Source: Myxococcota bacterium (GTDB taxonomy: Bacteria > Myxococcota_A > UBA9160 > SZUA-336). Taken from it: a stretch of DNA of 64,000 nucleotides. The translations under genes were made by a program, and so were the position numbers. A model generated the notes under the pieces. The model made no database searches. It worked only from the letters and a program-made list of their open reading frames with translations, and was not told where the DNA came from. This document shows, piece after piece, positions 1-9,106 of this stretch (positions within the stretch are counted from its first letter, which is position 1; every line of letters starts with the position of its first letter). The stretch spans positions 8,971 to 72,970 of the forward strand of contig CBDDEE010000024.1 of the NCBI GenBank assembly GCA_965226855.1, in the 5' to 3' direction.

Positions 1-2151
1 CACGTCGTTCGGGGAGTCGAGGCGGCCCGCGGCCACGAGCAGGTCGGCCCGGGCGAGCGCCCCGCGTCGCATGGCGTAGGTAGCGAGGATCCAGTGGAAC
101 TTCGCCGTGTCGCGTTCGCCAGCAAAGGCCTCGGTCCAGCGGTGAGCCAGGCGCAGGAGCGCGCGCTGGAACCACCCGAACCGCCCGCTGAGCTCCGCGA
201 ATGCCTGCCGCCGTTCGATGACGTGGCGCTCGTGCGCCGGCCTCGGATCGTTCTCGGGCGCGGCCCTGGCCATGAACGACAGCTGCCGAAGCAGCAGAAC
301 CGGGTCCTCTCCGTAGCGCGGGCTCGCGAGATCCATCTCGTTTGGCCCACGCGTTCCGAAGCGGTAGAGGAGCGCATCCCAGGTCGCGAGGAACGCCGCG
401 GGCAGCTCCCGGCTCTCGATCCGTTTCGCGAGGCGGTCCAGGTCGTCGAATTCGCCGGGTTCGAGCAGGCGGCTCGTCGCGAACATCTCGAGCCCCATCT
501 CGATGACCAGTTCGCCCTCGATGCCCCGGCTCATCCGGTCAAGAAGCTTTCGTGTCTGCGGGTCGGCGCGCCTCGCCAGCGCTCCGAGGATGCCGATCGC
601 TGCCGTCCACGCGTAGATCGTCGGCAGGACGATGGCCGTGATCACTTCGAGCGATCGCGTGTGAAGGTCATGGAGCTCGGCGACCGAGGCGTCGACGCCC
701 GTGGATCGTGCCTCGCGCTCGAACCGCTCGACAGCCTCGCGGTATCGCTTCAAGTACCGCGCAGGGGCGCAGAGCGCGAGCGCGCTGTTCCACCACATGC
801 GCCTGTTGCTCCAGAGAATCCCGAAGATCGCGCGTGCGAGGCCTCCCCACGCGAGCCAGCCGGGCTTGTCCGTCGGCCGATAGCGCTCGCGGTCCAGGTT
901 CTCGAGCGTCCGGACGAGCAGGGCGTCTAGGGTCCGGCCGCTGGCGGCAATCTTCCGTGGGCTGACGAACCAGAGAACGTCCGAGAACGCTGTGTATATG
1001 CGTGCCCCGCGGAAGACGACAAGATCCTGGAGCGGCTTCTCTTCGCGGTTGAGCGAGATCCCATAGCTCTCGCACAAGCGCTCGAACATGACCTTGTACC
1101 CGTCGAGAGTCAGCCTCGAGATGGGTGCGTTGCTCGTGATGCCGTCTGACAGGTTTCCGTCCATGTAGAGCCGGCGCGGAGCGCCGGGCTCCGTTTGCAT
1201 GTCGGCCGAGAGGGGAAAGTAGGTGGTGATCGGGCGCGCTTGCAGGAGGTACAGCTCGCCACCGGCGTAGGCCCACTCGATGTCGACGGGATGCCCGTAC
1301 ACCTCCTCGAGTCGACCGAGAGCATCGGTCAGCTCGAGGACCTGCTCGTCCTCGAGCGAGGCCTGCTCGCCCCGCGTCTCCTCGCGCAGCTCGACCCCGC
1401 CCTCCGGCCGGATCCAACGAGAGACGCTCTTGCTGCCGAGGTCGCGCTCGAGGATGTTGCGGCCAGGCTTGTCGACGACGAAGTGATCGGGCGAGACCTC
1501 GCCCGAGACGACCGTCTCACCGAGCCCGAAGCTCGCGTCGATCACTGCCTCGTCGTAGTCGTTCGTCACGGGGTTGAGCGAGAACCCGACGCCGGACACG
1601 TCGCTCTCGACCTGCCGCTGGACCAGCACGGCGATGCGAGGACGGTGTGTCTCGAGTCCGTGCCGCATCTTGTAGAGCGCCACGCGCTCGTCGAGACACG
1701 AGACGAAGCAGGCGCGCACGGCCTCCTCTAGATCCGCGGGCTTCACGCCGAGCACAGTCTCGTAGCAGCCCGCGAATGACGCGGTCTCGAGGTCCTCTTC
1801 GGGCGACGACGAGCGCACGGCGCACGTTGCGTCTTCGCCCCAGGACGCCATCTGGCGCCGCACCTCGTCGAGCTCTGCACGCATGGTATCCGAGAAGGGC
1901 AGCGTCGTGGCGGCGGACTGCAACGCCTCACACGGCTCTCGCCACTGCCCGTTGGTGGTCCGCGCAGAGCGCGCTCACGTATCGGTCGACTCGAGCGCGC
2001 GCCACCAGTCCGAGAACCAGTCGACGGGCAGCACCAGCGCCTCCGGCACGCGAAAGCCCGCAGCCCGCAGGCGAGCCAGCGAGGCCGCCTTGCCCCCGAT
2101 CTCGTCCAGACCGTGCCCGGCTGCTTCCGCGAGTCGGATGATCGTCGCCAC
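1..2151 (-). CDS. PEP/pyruvate-binding PPDK_N-family protein (PEP synthase / rifampicin-phosphotransferase-like). The C-terminus lies beyond the window edge, and there is an in-frame TGA at 1975-1977.
   Basis: Own minus-strand translation; the frame is absent from the ORF track because no stop lies inside the window. Motifs: ...GLDEIGGKAASLARLRAAGFRVPEALVL..., ...CAVRSSSPEEDLETASFAGCYETVLGV..., ...IAVLVQRQVESDVSGVGFSLNPVT..., ...HPVDIEWAYAGGELYLLQARPITT... The + ORFs 94..930 and 1195..1731 are same-register antisense shadows. GTG 2151 is the first start after the upstream in-frame stop. Confidence 0.7.
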
Positions 2152-2221
2152 GCGCGCGATCCTAGCGCCTCAGCGTAGTCGGGGTCGACGCCGCTACTGG
2201 CTGGCGGACTAGGATTCGAAC

Positions 2222-3349
2222 CTAGGTTCGGGCAGCGGCGGGGTCTGCGGGTTGGCCGGCGTAGTTGCGCCAGACGCCGGCTTCGAAGTCGTAGAGCTTG
2301 CAGGCGCGGGTGGTCTTGATGTAATCGCGGATGCGGTACTTGCGCTCGCGCAGGACATCGCCGAAGTGCTCGCGCAAGGCGTCCACGGCCTTAGGAAGGC
2401 CGTAAAAGGGGATCCGCATATCCACGTGGTGGGGGACGTGTAGGAAGATGTTGTGGAAGAAGAAGTTGATAAAGCGCGGGACGTGGAGGACGGTCGTGCC
2501 CTCGACCTGCCCGGTGAACTTGGTCCAACTGCGGCGCTTCTTCCAAGGGATGTCCTGTGCGATGTGGTGGACGTAGACGGTGATCCCGATGCAGTAGTTC
2601 CAGAGCAGGAACGGCACGCCAAAGACCTTGACCCACATCCAGAGCGCGCCGCCGAGTGTTCCGGAGAGCGACGCGCCGAGTCCGAGCAGGGCGGCGGTCA
2701 CGACGGCGAAATACGTCCCCACGACGATCCGATCGCGGTGCACCCTCCCCTTGATCCGGTCTGGGGGTGAGAACTGCACCATGCTCCGCCACCAGATATC
2801 GCGCAGGTAATAGAGGCCCCCGCCGATCCAGGACCACATCACGCGGTGTACCAGACGTTGCAGGGTGGGCATCTCCGCGAACTCCTGCGGCGTTACCGGG
2901 TGCCAGACGTAGTCCATGCTCTCGCGCGTGGTGTGGCCGTGGTGGATCCGGTTGTGGCCGAAGCACCATGCCTCGTAGAGATGCAGCGACGGCAGCATGG
3001 CGAGCTGACCGACCACGTAGTTGAGTCGCCCGCTCTGGAACAGCGCACCGTGGGCAGCGTCGTGCCCCAGGACGAAGAGCGCAGCGATGCTCAGCGAGGC
3101 GAGCAGCCAGAGCGGAATGACCGTGAAGAGCGAATCGGCTGCCACCAGCGCGACCACGACTGTCGCGTAAATACCGAGGTCGCGCAGAAGCCAGGCCGCG
3201 CCCTTCCAGGTCGGATTTGCGTAGCAGTCCGTTGGGAGAACGTCGATCGCGTCGCCGAGTGCACGCTTCTCGACCATGCGCGGCATGATAGCCGCTCGCT
3301 GACCCGCCCCGCACCCCGCCGTCCCCATCGAGTGTGAAACTTCGGTCAA
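2222..3349 (-). CDS. membrane fatty-acid desaturase family protein
   Basis: The three histidine boxes of membrane desaturases are present: LGHDAAHG, GHNRIHHGH, LHVPHH. Hydrophobic helices lie between them. The track start is a TTG; the true start may be an internal ATG (about 3286). Confidence 0.8.
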   Translation of the reverse strand: MTEVSHSMGTAGCGAGQRAAIMPRMVEKRALGDAIDVLPTDCYANPTWKGAAWLLRDLGIYATVVVALVAADSLFTVIPLWLLASLSIAALFVLGHDAAHGALFQSGRLNYVVGQLAMLPSLHLYEAWCFGHNRIHHGHTTRESMDYVWHPVTPQEFAEMPTLQRLVHRVMWSWIGGGLYYLRDIWWRSMVQFSPPDRIKGRVHRDRIVVGTYFAVVTAALLGLGASLSGTLGGALWMWVKVFGVPFLLWNYCIGITVYVHHIAQDIPWKKRRSWTKFTGQVEGTTVLHVPRFINFFFHNIFLHVPHHVDMRIPFYGLPKAVDALREHFGDVLRERKYRIRDYIKTTRACKLYDFEAGVWRNYAGQPADPAAART

Positions 3350-3409
3350 AGCGGCCGATCTGGCAGCGGTTATACTGCCCTGGGCCGTGCTTCAGGGAGG
3401 GCCAGCGAC

Positions 3410-4516
3410 GTGAGGATCAGGGCTGCGGTTGCCTGGGAGGCGGGACGCCCACTCGAGGTCGAGGAGGTCGAGCTGGAAGGCCCCCGTGATACCGAATGCC
3501 TGGTGCGCCTGGCGGCGACGGGCGTCTGCCACACGGATGCCTACACCCTGAGTGGCGCCGATCCCGAGGGCGTGTTTCCCGCTGTTCTGGGCCACGAGGG
3601 AGCAGGCGTGGTCGAGGAGTTGGGAGCGGGGGTGCGCCACGTCGAGGTCGGCGATCACGTCATCCCGCTCTACATTCCGGAGTGTCGGGAATGCAAGTTC
3701 TGTCTCTCGGGCAGGACGAATCTGTGCGGCCGGATTCGCGCTACCCAGGGTCAGGGCTTGATGCCCGACGGGACGAGTCGGTTGTCCCAATCGGGAAAGA
3801 TGATCCACCACTTCATGGGCACCTCCACGTTCGGCGAGTACTGCGTCGTGCCTGAGATCGCGCTCGCCAGGGTGCGCAAGGACGCCCCGCTCGAGAAGAT
3901 CTGTCTGCTCGGTTGCGGGATCACCACCGGCATCGGCGCGGTCCTGCACACTGCCAAGGTGGAGCCCGGGTCCAGTGTGGCGGTGTTTGGGCTGGGCGGG
4001 GTGGGCCTCTCCGTGGTGCAGGGCTCCGTGCTCGCCGGAGCGGAGCGGATCATCGGCGTGGACACTAACCCGAGAAAGTTCGAGCTGGCGGAGAAGCTAG
4101 GGGCGACGGACTTCTTGAACCCGAGTGAAGTGGAGGACGTCGCGGGCACGATCGTCGACATGACCGAAGGCGGGGTCGACTACTCCTTCGAGTGCATCGG
4201 TCGTACCGACGTGATGAGCGTCGCGCTGGCCTGTACGCACCGCGGCTGGGGAGAAGCGATCATCATCGGCGTGGCGGGGGCCGGCGAGGAGATCAGGGCG
4301 CGGCCCTTCCTCCTCGTCACGGGCCGCTCCTGGCGCGGCAGCGCCTTCGGCGGGACCCGGGGGCGCACTCAGCTGCCCGGGTTCGTCGATCGCTACATGA
4401 GCGGCCGCATCAAGATCGACGAGCTGATCACAACGACGCTGCCCCTAGAGAAGATCAACGACGCCTTCGAGCTGATGCACGGCGGCGAGGCCATCCGCAG
4501 CGTGATCCACTACTGA
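3410..4516 (+). CDS. adhC: S-(hydroxymethyl)glutathione dehydrogenase / class III alcohol dehydrogenase
   Basis: The N-terminus RAAVAWEAGRPLEVEEVELEGP...GVCHTDAYTLSGADPEGVFPAVLGHEGAGVVE is typical of class III Zn-ADH. GTG start is preceded by GGAGG. Confidence 0.85.
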   Translation: MRIRAAVAWEAGRPLEVEEVELEGPRDTECLVRLAATGVCHTDAYTLSGADPEGVFPAVLGHEGAGVVEELGAGVRHVEVGDHVIPLYIPECRECKFCLSGRTNLCGRIRATQGQGLMPDGTSRLSQSGKMIHHFMGTSTFGEYCVVPEIALARVRKDAPLEKICLLGCGITTGIGAVLHTAKVEPGSSVAVFGLGGVGLSVVQGSVLAGAERIIGVDTNPRKFELAEKLGATDFLNPSEVEDVAGTIVDMTEGGVDYSFECIGRTDVMSVALACTHRGWGEAIIIGVAGAGEEIRARPFLLVTGRSWRGSAFGGTRGRTQLPGFVDRYMSGRIKIDELITTTLPLEKINDAFELMHGGEAIRSVIHY

Positions 4517-5338
4517 GCGGTCCGCTGAGGAGAGTGCGCGTTGGAGATCGGCAATGATCTCCTCGGGCGTGTGCTGCAAGCCGAGATAGCGCTCTACGAT
4601 GCGGCCGTTCGAGTCGATCAGGAAGGTGGCGATGGTGTGGTCGATCTGTCCGTCGGGTCTGCGGATCGAACCGACGTAATAGGAGGCTACGACCTCTGCA
4701 ACGACCGTCGGATCGCCGGTAAGGAACGACCAGTTCGACAGGTCTGCACCGCGCCGGGACGCGTACTCCCGCAGGCGCTCGGGAGTGTCGTGCGCCGGGT
4801 CGAGCGAGATCGACAGCAGCACCGTCCGGCTGCGAAGCTCGTCGGGAAGCTCGCGCTGTAGACGCGCGTGCGCGGAGGTGAGGATGGGGCACGGTCCGGG
4901 GCAGCGCGTGAAGATGAAGTCGAGCAGCACGGCCCGTCCCTTGAAGTCGGCCAGGGCCACCTGCGCGCCATCCTGATTCACGAGGGCGAACGGCGGCGCG
5001 CGATCGATGTCTCCTCCCATGCCGACCCCCGGTCCGCTCCCCGCAGGCGGGGGAACCGTGATCCGCAGCGTAGTGATGGTCAGCACGGTGGCGCTGCGTC
5101 GCACCGTGAAGAGCACCGAGGCTCCTGGACGCAGCCCCTCGAGGAGCTCTGCAGCCGCGACGTCGAAGCTCATCGTCATGGCGGGCATGAAGCCCGGGAT
5201 GGCGTCGTGGGCGATCTTGACGGTGCGCGCGTCCACGTCGACGGCTTCGACCGTGCCGCGGACCCGGTAGCTCTCCTCCTCCGGGATCCCGCACTGAAGC
5301 GTACAGAGGAAGACGAGGCTGGCGAAGGCGCGCCTCAC
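4445..5338 (-). CDS. SCO1/SenC-family copper chaperone fused to an N-terminal CusF-like copper-binding domain; lipoprotein-type signal peptide
   Basis: FIFTRCPGPCPILT (CxxxC thioredoxin-fold SCO motif). The N-terminal domain has HDAIPGFMPAMTMSFDV (Met-rich CusF-like motif). Signal/lipobox is LVFLCTLQC. Confidence 0.8.
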   Translation of the reverse strand: MRRAFASLVFLCTLQCGIPEEESYRVRGTVEAVDVDARTVKIAHDAIPGFMPAMTMSFDVAAAELLEGLRPGASVLFTVRRSATVLTITTLRITVPPPAGSGPGVGMGGDIDRAPPFALVNQDGAQVALADFKGRAVLLDFIFTRCPGPCPILTSAHARLQRELPDELRSRTVLLSISLDPAHDTPERLREYASRRGADLSNWSFLTGDPTVVAEVVASYYVGSIRRPDGQIDHTIATFLIDSNGRIVERYLGLQHTPEEIIADLQRALSSADRSVVDHAADGLAAVHQLEGVVDLL

Positions 5339-5343
5339 CGGAC

Positions 5344-6648
5344 TCAGGTTCCCAAGATCTTGTCGCTCAGGTAGGTTGCCACCTGGCTCAGCCCGATGCG
5401 CTCTTGCTCTGTCGTGTCCCGTTCACGCACGGTGACCATCTGGTCGGTCTCCGACTCAAAGTCGTAGGTGACGCAGTACGGCGTCCCGATCTCGTCTTGC
5501 CGACGGTAGCGCTTGCCGATGCTGGCCGTGGCGTCGAAGGCGACGTGAAAGCGTCTGCGCAGCTCTGCGGCGAGCTTGTGGACCGGCTCCGACAGCTTCT
5601 TCGAGAGCGGCAGCAGGCCTGCCTTGACGGGGGCAATCTGCGGCGAGAGCCGCAAGACCACGCGCTTCTCGCCGGCGATCTCGTCCTCCGCGTACGCGCT
5701 CGTGAGCAACGCCAGCATGCAGCGGTCGACACCGAGGGATGTCTCCACGACGTGAGGCAGGTAGCGCTCTCGGGTCTCGGGATCTGTGTACGACTGGTCC
5801 TTGCCCGAGTGGTTGCCGTGTGCGGCCAAATCGTAGTCGCCTCTGTAGTGCGTGCCCTCCAGCTCGTGGCGGCCAAAGGGGAAGTCGAACTCGATGTCGA
5901 AGGCGAGCTTTGCGTAGTGGGCGAGCTCGTCAGGGCCGTGCTCACGCCAGTGCAGCATGCTCTCCGGGAGCCCGATCTCCAGGTGCCACTGCCAGCGCTC
6001 CTCGCGCCAGCGTTCGAACCAGGAGAGTGCGTCTGCCGGAGGCGTGAAGAACTCCAGCTCCATCTGCTCGAACTCGCGAGAGCGGAAGATGAAGTTCCTG
6101 GGCGTGATCTCGTTGCGGAACGCCTTTCCGATCTGTGCGATACCGAAGGGCGGTTTGAGCCGGCTGGATTGCATGACGCGTTTGAAGTCGAGAAAGATCG
6201 ATTGGCAGGTCTCGCCGCGCAGGTAGGCTTGTGAGGACGAGTCCTCCGAGGCCCCGATGTGCGTGCTGAGCATCAAGTTGAACTGCCGGGGCTCGGTCAA
6301 GTCGTGCTCGCCGTCGTCTGATGCGCTGCAGCGGTCGTTCGCGTCGATTTGGTCGGCGCGGAAGCGTCGCTTGCAGCTCCTGCAATCGACCATCGGGTCG
6401 TTGAAGTTTGCGACATGACCGGAGGCGACCCAGGCTTCGGGGTTCGCGATGATGGAGGAGTCGAGGCCCACAACGTCGTCGCGCTCGCGCACCATGCGCT
6501 GCCACCAGGCGACCTTGAGGTTGTTCCGCAGCTCCGTTCCCAGGGGACCGTAGTCCCAGAATCCCGCGATTCCCCCGTAGATCTCGCTCGAGGGGTAGAT
6601 GAACCCTCGGTTCAGGCAGAGAGCGACGAGCTTCTCCATCGTGTTCAT
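5344..6648 (-). CDS. glyQS: glycine--tRNA ligase (homodimeric class II type)
   Basis: MEKLVALCLNRGFIYPSSEIYGGIAGFWDYGPLGTELRNNLK... full-length, 434 aa. Confidence 0.9.
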   Translation of the reverse strand: MNTMEKLVALCLNRGFIYPSSEIYGGIAGFWDYGPLGTELRNNLKVAWWQRMVRERDDVVGLDSSIIANPEAWVASGHVANFNDPMVDCRSCKRRFRADQIDANDRCSASDDGEHDLTEPRQFNLMLSTHIGASEDSSSQAYLRGETCQSIFLDFKRVMQSSRLKPPFGIAQIGKAFRNEITPRNFIFRSREFEQMELEFFTPPADALSWFERWREERWQWHLEIGLPESMLHWREHGPDELAHYAKLAFDIEFDFPFGRHELEGTHYRGDYDLAAHGNHSGKDQSYTDPETRERYLPHVVETSLGVDRCMLALLTSAYAEDEIAGEKRVVLRLSPQIAPVKAGLLPLSKKLSEPVHKLAAELRRRFHVAFDATASIGKRYRRQDEIGTPYCVTYDFESETDQMVTVRERDTTEQERIGLSQVATYLSDKILGT

Positions 6649-6657
6649 GGTCCCTCT

Positions 6658-7389
6658 CTATAGCGCGAGGCGCGCGAGGAGTGCCACGACCGCGGTCTCC
6701 ACACGAAGCACGCGCTCACCCAGTCCAAGCCGCCGCGCGCCACTCGCCATCAGGAGCTCGAGCTCGAAGGGGACGAGTCCCCCCTCCGGCCCCACGATCA
6801 GCGTCCAGGGTTGGCCGACATCGGCCGGAGCGGCGAGCGGCGCGGCACCGGGGTCGGCTACGAGGACGACGCCCTCCTTCGCCAGTCTCGGAACCTCGTC
6901 CTCGGCGAAGGGCCGGAAACGGGGCCGGGTCCAGACCTCCGGCAGGATCGTGTCGCGCGCTTGCTCCAGGCCGAGGCGCAGCTGCGCCTCGATGGACGCG
7001 CTATCGAGCCCATGGCTCTGCCAGTAGCTCTTCTCCACCCGCCTGCTGTGAAAGAGCAGGATGCGTTTCACCCCGAGCGCGGTCGCCTGCTGCAGGACCC
7101 TCCGCAGAGCCGGCGGCCGCGGCAACGCCACTGCGAGGGTGACCGCGAGCGGCGCCGGGGGGGCCCGGTCGAGCCGGACTTCGAGCTCGAGGGCACGCTC
7201 ATCCAGGCAGAGGACACGACCGGAGCCGAGCATGCCGCCGACCTCGCCCACCCGCAGATGCTCACCGACGCGGGCACGACACACGTCGCGCACGTGCTCG
7301 AGGCGTCGACCCGTGAGTCGCACACGGTCTCGGGACACGAAGTCCTCGCGATCGAGCAGGATGAGATTCACGCGGCCGAGTGTTCCCAT
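6658..7389 (-). CDS. rsmE: 16S rRNA (uracil1498-N3)-methyltransferase RsmE
   Basis: The real protein starts at MGTLGRVNLILLDREDF (ATG 7389). The C-terminus has LIVGPEGGLVPFELELL, typical of RsmE. The upstream 95 codons of the track ORF are Arg/Pro-rich junk. Confidence 0.8.
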   Translation of the reverse strand: MGTLGRVNLILLDREDFVSRDRVRLTGRRLEHVRDVCRARVGEHLRVGEVGGMLGSGRVLCLDERALELEVRLDRAPPAPLAVTLAVALPRPPALRRVLQQATALGVKRILLFHSRRVEKSYWQSHGLDSASIEAQLRLGLEQARDTILPEVWTRPRFRPFAEDEVPRLAKEGVVLVADPGAAPLAAPADVGQPWTLIVGPEGGLVPFELELLMASGARRLGLGERVLRVETAVVALLARLAL

Positions 7390-7421
7390 GGCGGGCTCAT
7401 GTGGCAAGCTGGCGGGCGCAG

Positions 7422-8420
7422 ATGCGAGCGATGGTGTTGCATGGCCCCGCCCCGATCGAGCGATCGCCGCTCGTCCTCGAGTCCCTTCCGGATCCGGAGC
7501 CGGGTCCGGCCGAGATCCTGGTCGAGGTGTCCACCTGCGGCGTCTGTCGCACCGACCTGCACTTGATCGAGGGCGAGCTCGACCCGGCACGGTCTCGTGT
7601 CGTACCGGGCCATCAAGTCGTGGGAACGGTGGCCGCTCGCGGCTCGGCCGCCACGCGCTTCCCGATCGGGGCACGAGTGGGCGTTGCCTGGCTCCACGAC
7701 ACGTGCCGTGTCTGCCCCTACTGCCAGAGCGGGCGCGAGAACCTGTGCCAGGCGCCGACCTTTACCGGCTGGCACGTCGACGGTGGGTACGCGGAGCGGC
7801 TGACGGTTCCGGCCGCGTACGCGTACGCCATTCCGGAGATCTTCAGCTCCGAAGAGGCTGCCCCTCTGCTGTGCGCGGGCATCATCGGCTACCGCGCGCT
7901 GCGACGCGCCGCGGTGCGGCCCGGCTGCAAGCTCGGCCTGTACGGGTTCGGCTCCTCGGCGCACCTGTCGCTCCAAGTGGCTCGGCACTGGGGCTGCGAG
8001 GTCTACGTCGTGACGAGAGAGGCGTCACACCGCGAGCTGGCGCTTTCGCTCGGTGCGATCTGGGCTGGTGGCGTGAAAGAGGAGCCCCCGTCCGCTCTCG
8101 ACTCGGCCATCAACTTCGCCCCAGTTGGTGAGCTGGTCCCGCTGGCGCTCCGGGCGCTGGGACCCGGGGGAACCCTGGCCTGTGCTGGTATCCACATGAG
8201 CGATGTGCCGGTGCTCCGCTACCAGGGAGAGCTGTTTCAGGAGCGAACCCTGACGAGCGTGACGGCGAACACCCGCCAGGACGGCGAGGAGCTGCTCGCC
8301 GTCGCCTCCGAGATCCCCATCCGACCCGTCACGACCAGCTTCGAGCTAGAGCAGGCGAACGTCGCGCTGCAGCGTCTGAAGCGAGGGGACGTGGTCGGGT
8401 CCGCTGTGCTCCGGCTCTGA
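7422..8420 (+). CDS. zinc-dependent alcohol dehydrogenase family protein
   Basis: MRAMVLHG...[15 protein letters not shown]...PGHQVVG...[15 protein letters not shown] (catalytic and structural Zn ligands). The start is moved to ATG 7422. Confidence 0.8.
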   Translation: MRAMVLHGPAPIERSPLVLESLPDPEPGPAEILVEVSTCGVCRTDLHLIEGELDPARSRVVPGHQVVGTVAARGSAATRFPIGARVGVAWLHDTCRVCPYCQSGRENLCQAPTFTGWHVDGGYAERLTVPAAYAYAIPEIFSSEEAAPLLCAGIIGYRALRRAAVRPGCKLGLYGFGSSAHLSLQVARHWGCEVYVVTREASHRELALSLGAIWAGGVKEEPPSALDSAINFAPVGELVPLALRALGPGGTLACAGIHMSDVPVLRYQGELFQERTLTSVTANTRQDGEELLAVASEIPIRPVTTSFELEQANVALQRLKRGDVVGSAVLRL

Positions 8421-8423
8421 TAA

Positions 8424-8444
8424 GTCTTGCGGGTCCCGCGAGAC
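8424..8444 (+). terminator. GC-rich hairpin directly after the ADH stop. Its core, CTTGCGGGTCCCG, resembles the outer arm of the repeat family.
   Basis: gtcttgcgggtcccgcgagac is an imperfect palindrome starting 4 nt after the TGA. There is no clear T-tract. Confidence 0.3.
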
Positions 8445-8591
8445 TGGAGCTTGCGTTTCCAGCTGATGCTGTAGACTGAGGAGGCGCAAACGACCCCTCC
8501 CAGCATGTGCTGACGCCCTTGGCCGAAGCCCAGTGCCAGGGGAGAGCCCGGCGGCTCCCGCACTGCCAGGAGGGGCTCGGGGGAGGCTTTC

Positions 8592-9098
8592 ATGGTAGAG
8601 AGCGAGTTTTCCGAAGCGTACGACGAGGATTCCACGTCGCTCCGGGGTGCGATCATGAACGAGCCGATCTCGGTGCTTGACCGGAGGAAGCACGTCGAGA
8701 TCTCGGGCCAAATCTCGGTTCGAGAGGCGATCGGCCTGATGAACGAGCACCACACCGGCTGCGTCCTGGTAGTTGAGGGCGGGAAGCTGGCGGGTATCTT
8801 CACCGAGCGCGATCTGCTCCGGATCGTACAGGAGGAAATCGACACGTCCGCGGTTACCGTGAGCGAGGTCATGACGCCGGATCCTGACGTGCTCCGGCCC
8901 GAGCACAGGCTCGCACTGGCATTGAACGAGATGGCGGAGGGTGGCTTCCGGCACATCCCTTTGGTAGACGGCCAGCGTCGACCGGTGGGCATCGTCGCCA
9001 TGCGAGACATCGTTCGGTTCATCGTCTCGATGTTTCCGGACGCGGTCCTGAACGTACCCCCTGATCCCGCCAAGATCCCGAAGAAGTACGGCGGCTGA
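8592..9098 (+). CDS. CBS domain pair protein
   Basis: Two CBS repeats (...GCVLVVEGGKLAGIFTERDLLRIV... and ...FRHIPLVDGQRRPVGIVAMRDIVRFIV). GGGGGAGG RBS upstream. Confidence 0.8.
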   Translation: MVESEFSEAYDEDSTSLRGAIMNEPISVLDRRKHVEISGQISVREAIGLMNEHHTGCVLVVEGGKLAGIFTERDLLRIVQEEIDTSAVTVSEVMTPDPDVLRPEHRLALALNEMAEGGFRHIPLVDGQRRPVGIVAMRDIVRFIVSMFPDAVLNVPPDPAKIPKKYGG

Positions 9099-9106
9099 GA
9101 GAGGCG

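Noticed and set aside
1975-1977. Selenocysteine at the in-frame TGA of the PPDK_N gene.
   Set aside because: There is no Cys/redox motif at this position, no convincing hairpin directly downstream, and no known Sec-containing members of this family. I kept it as a nonsense codon or error finding instead.
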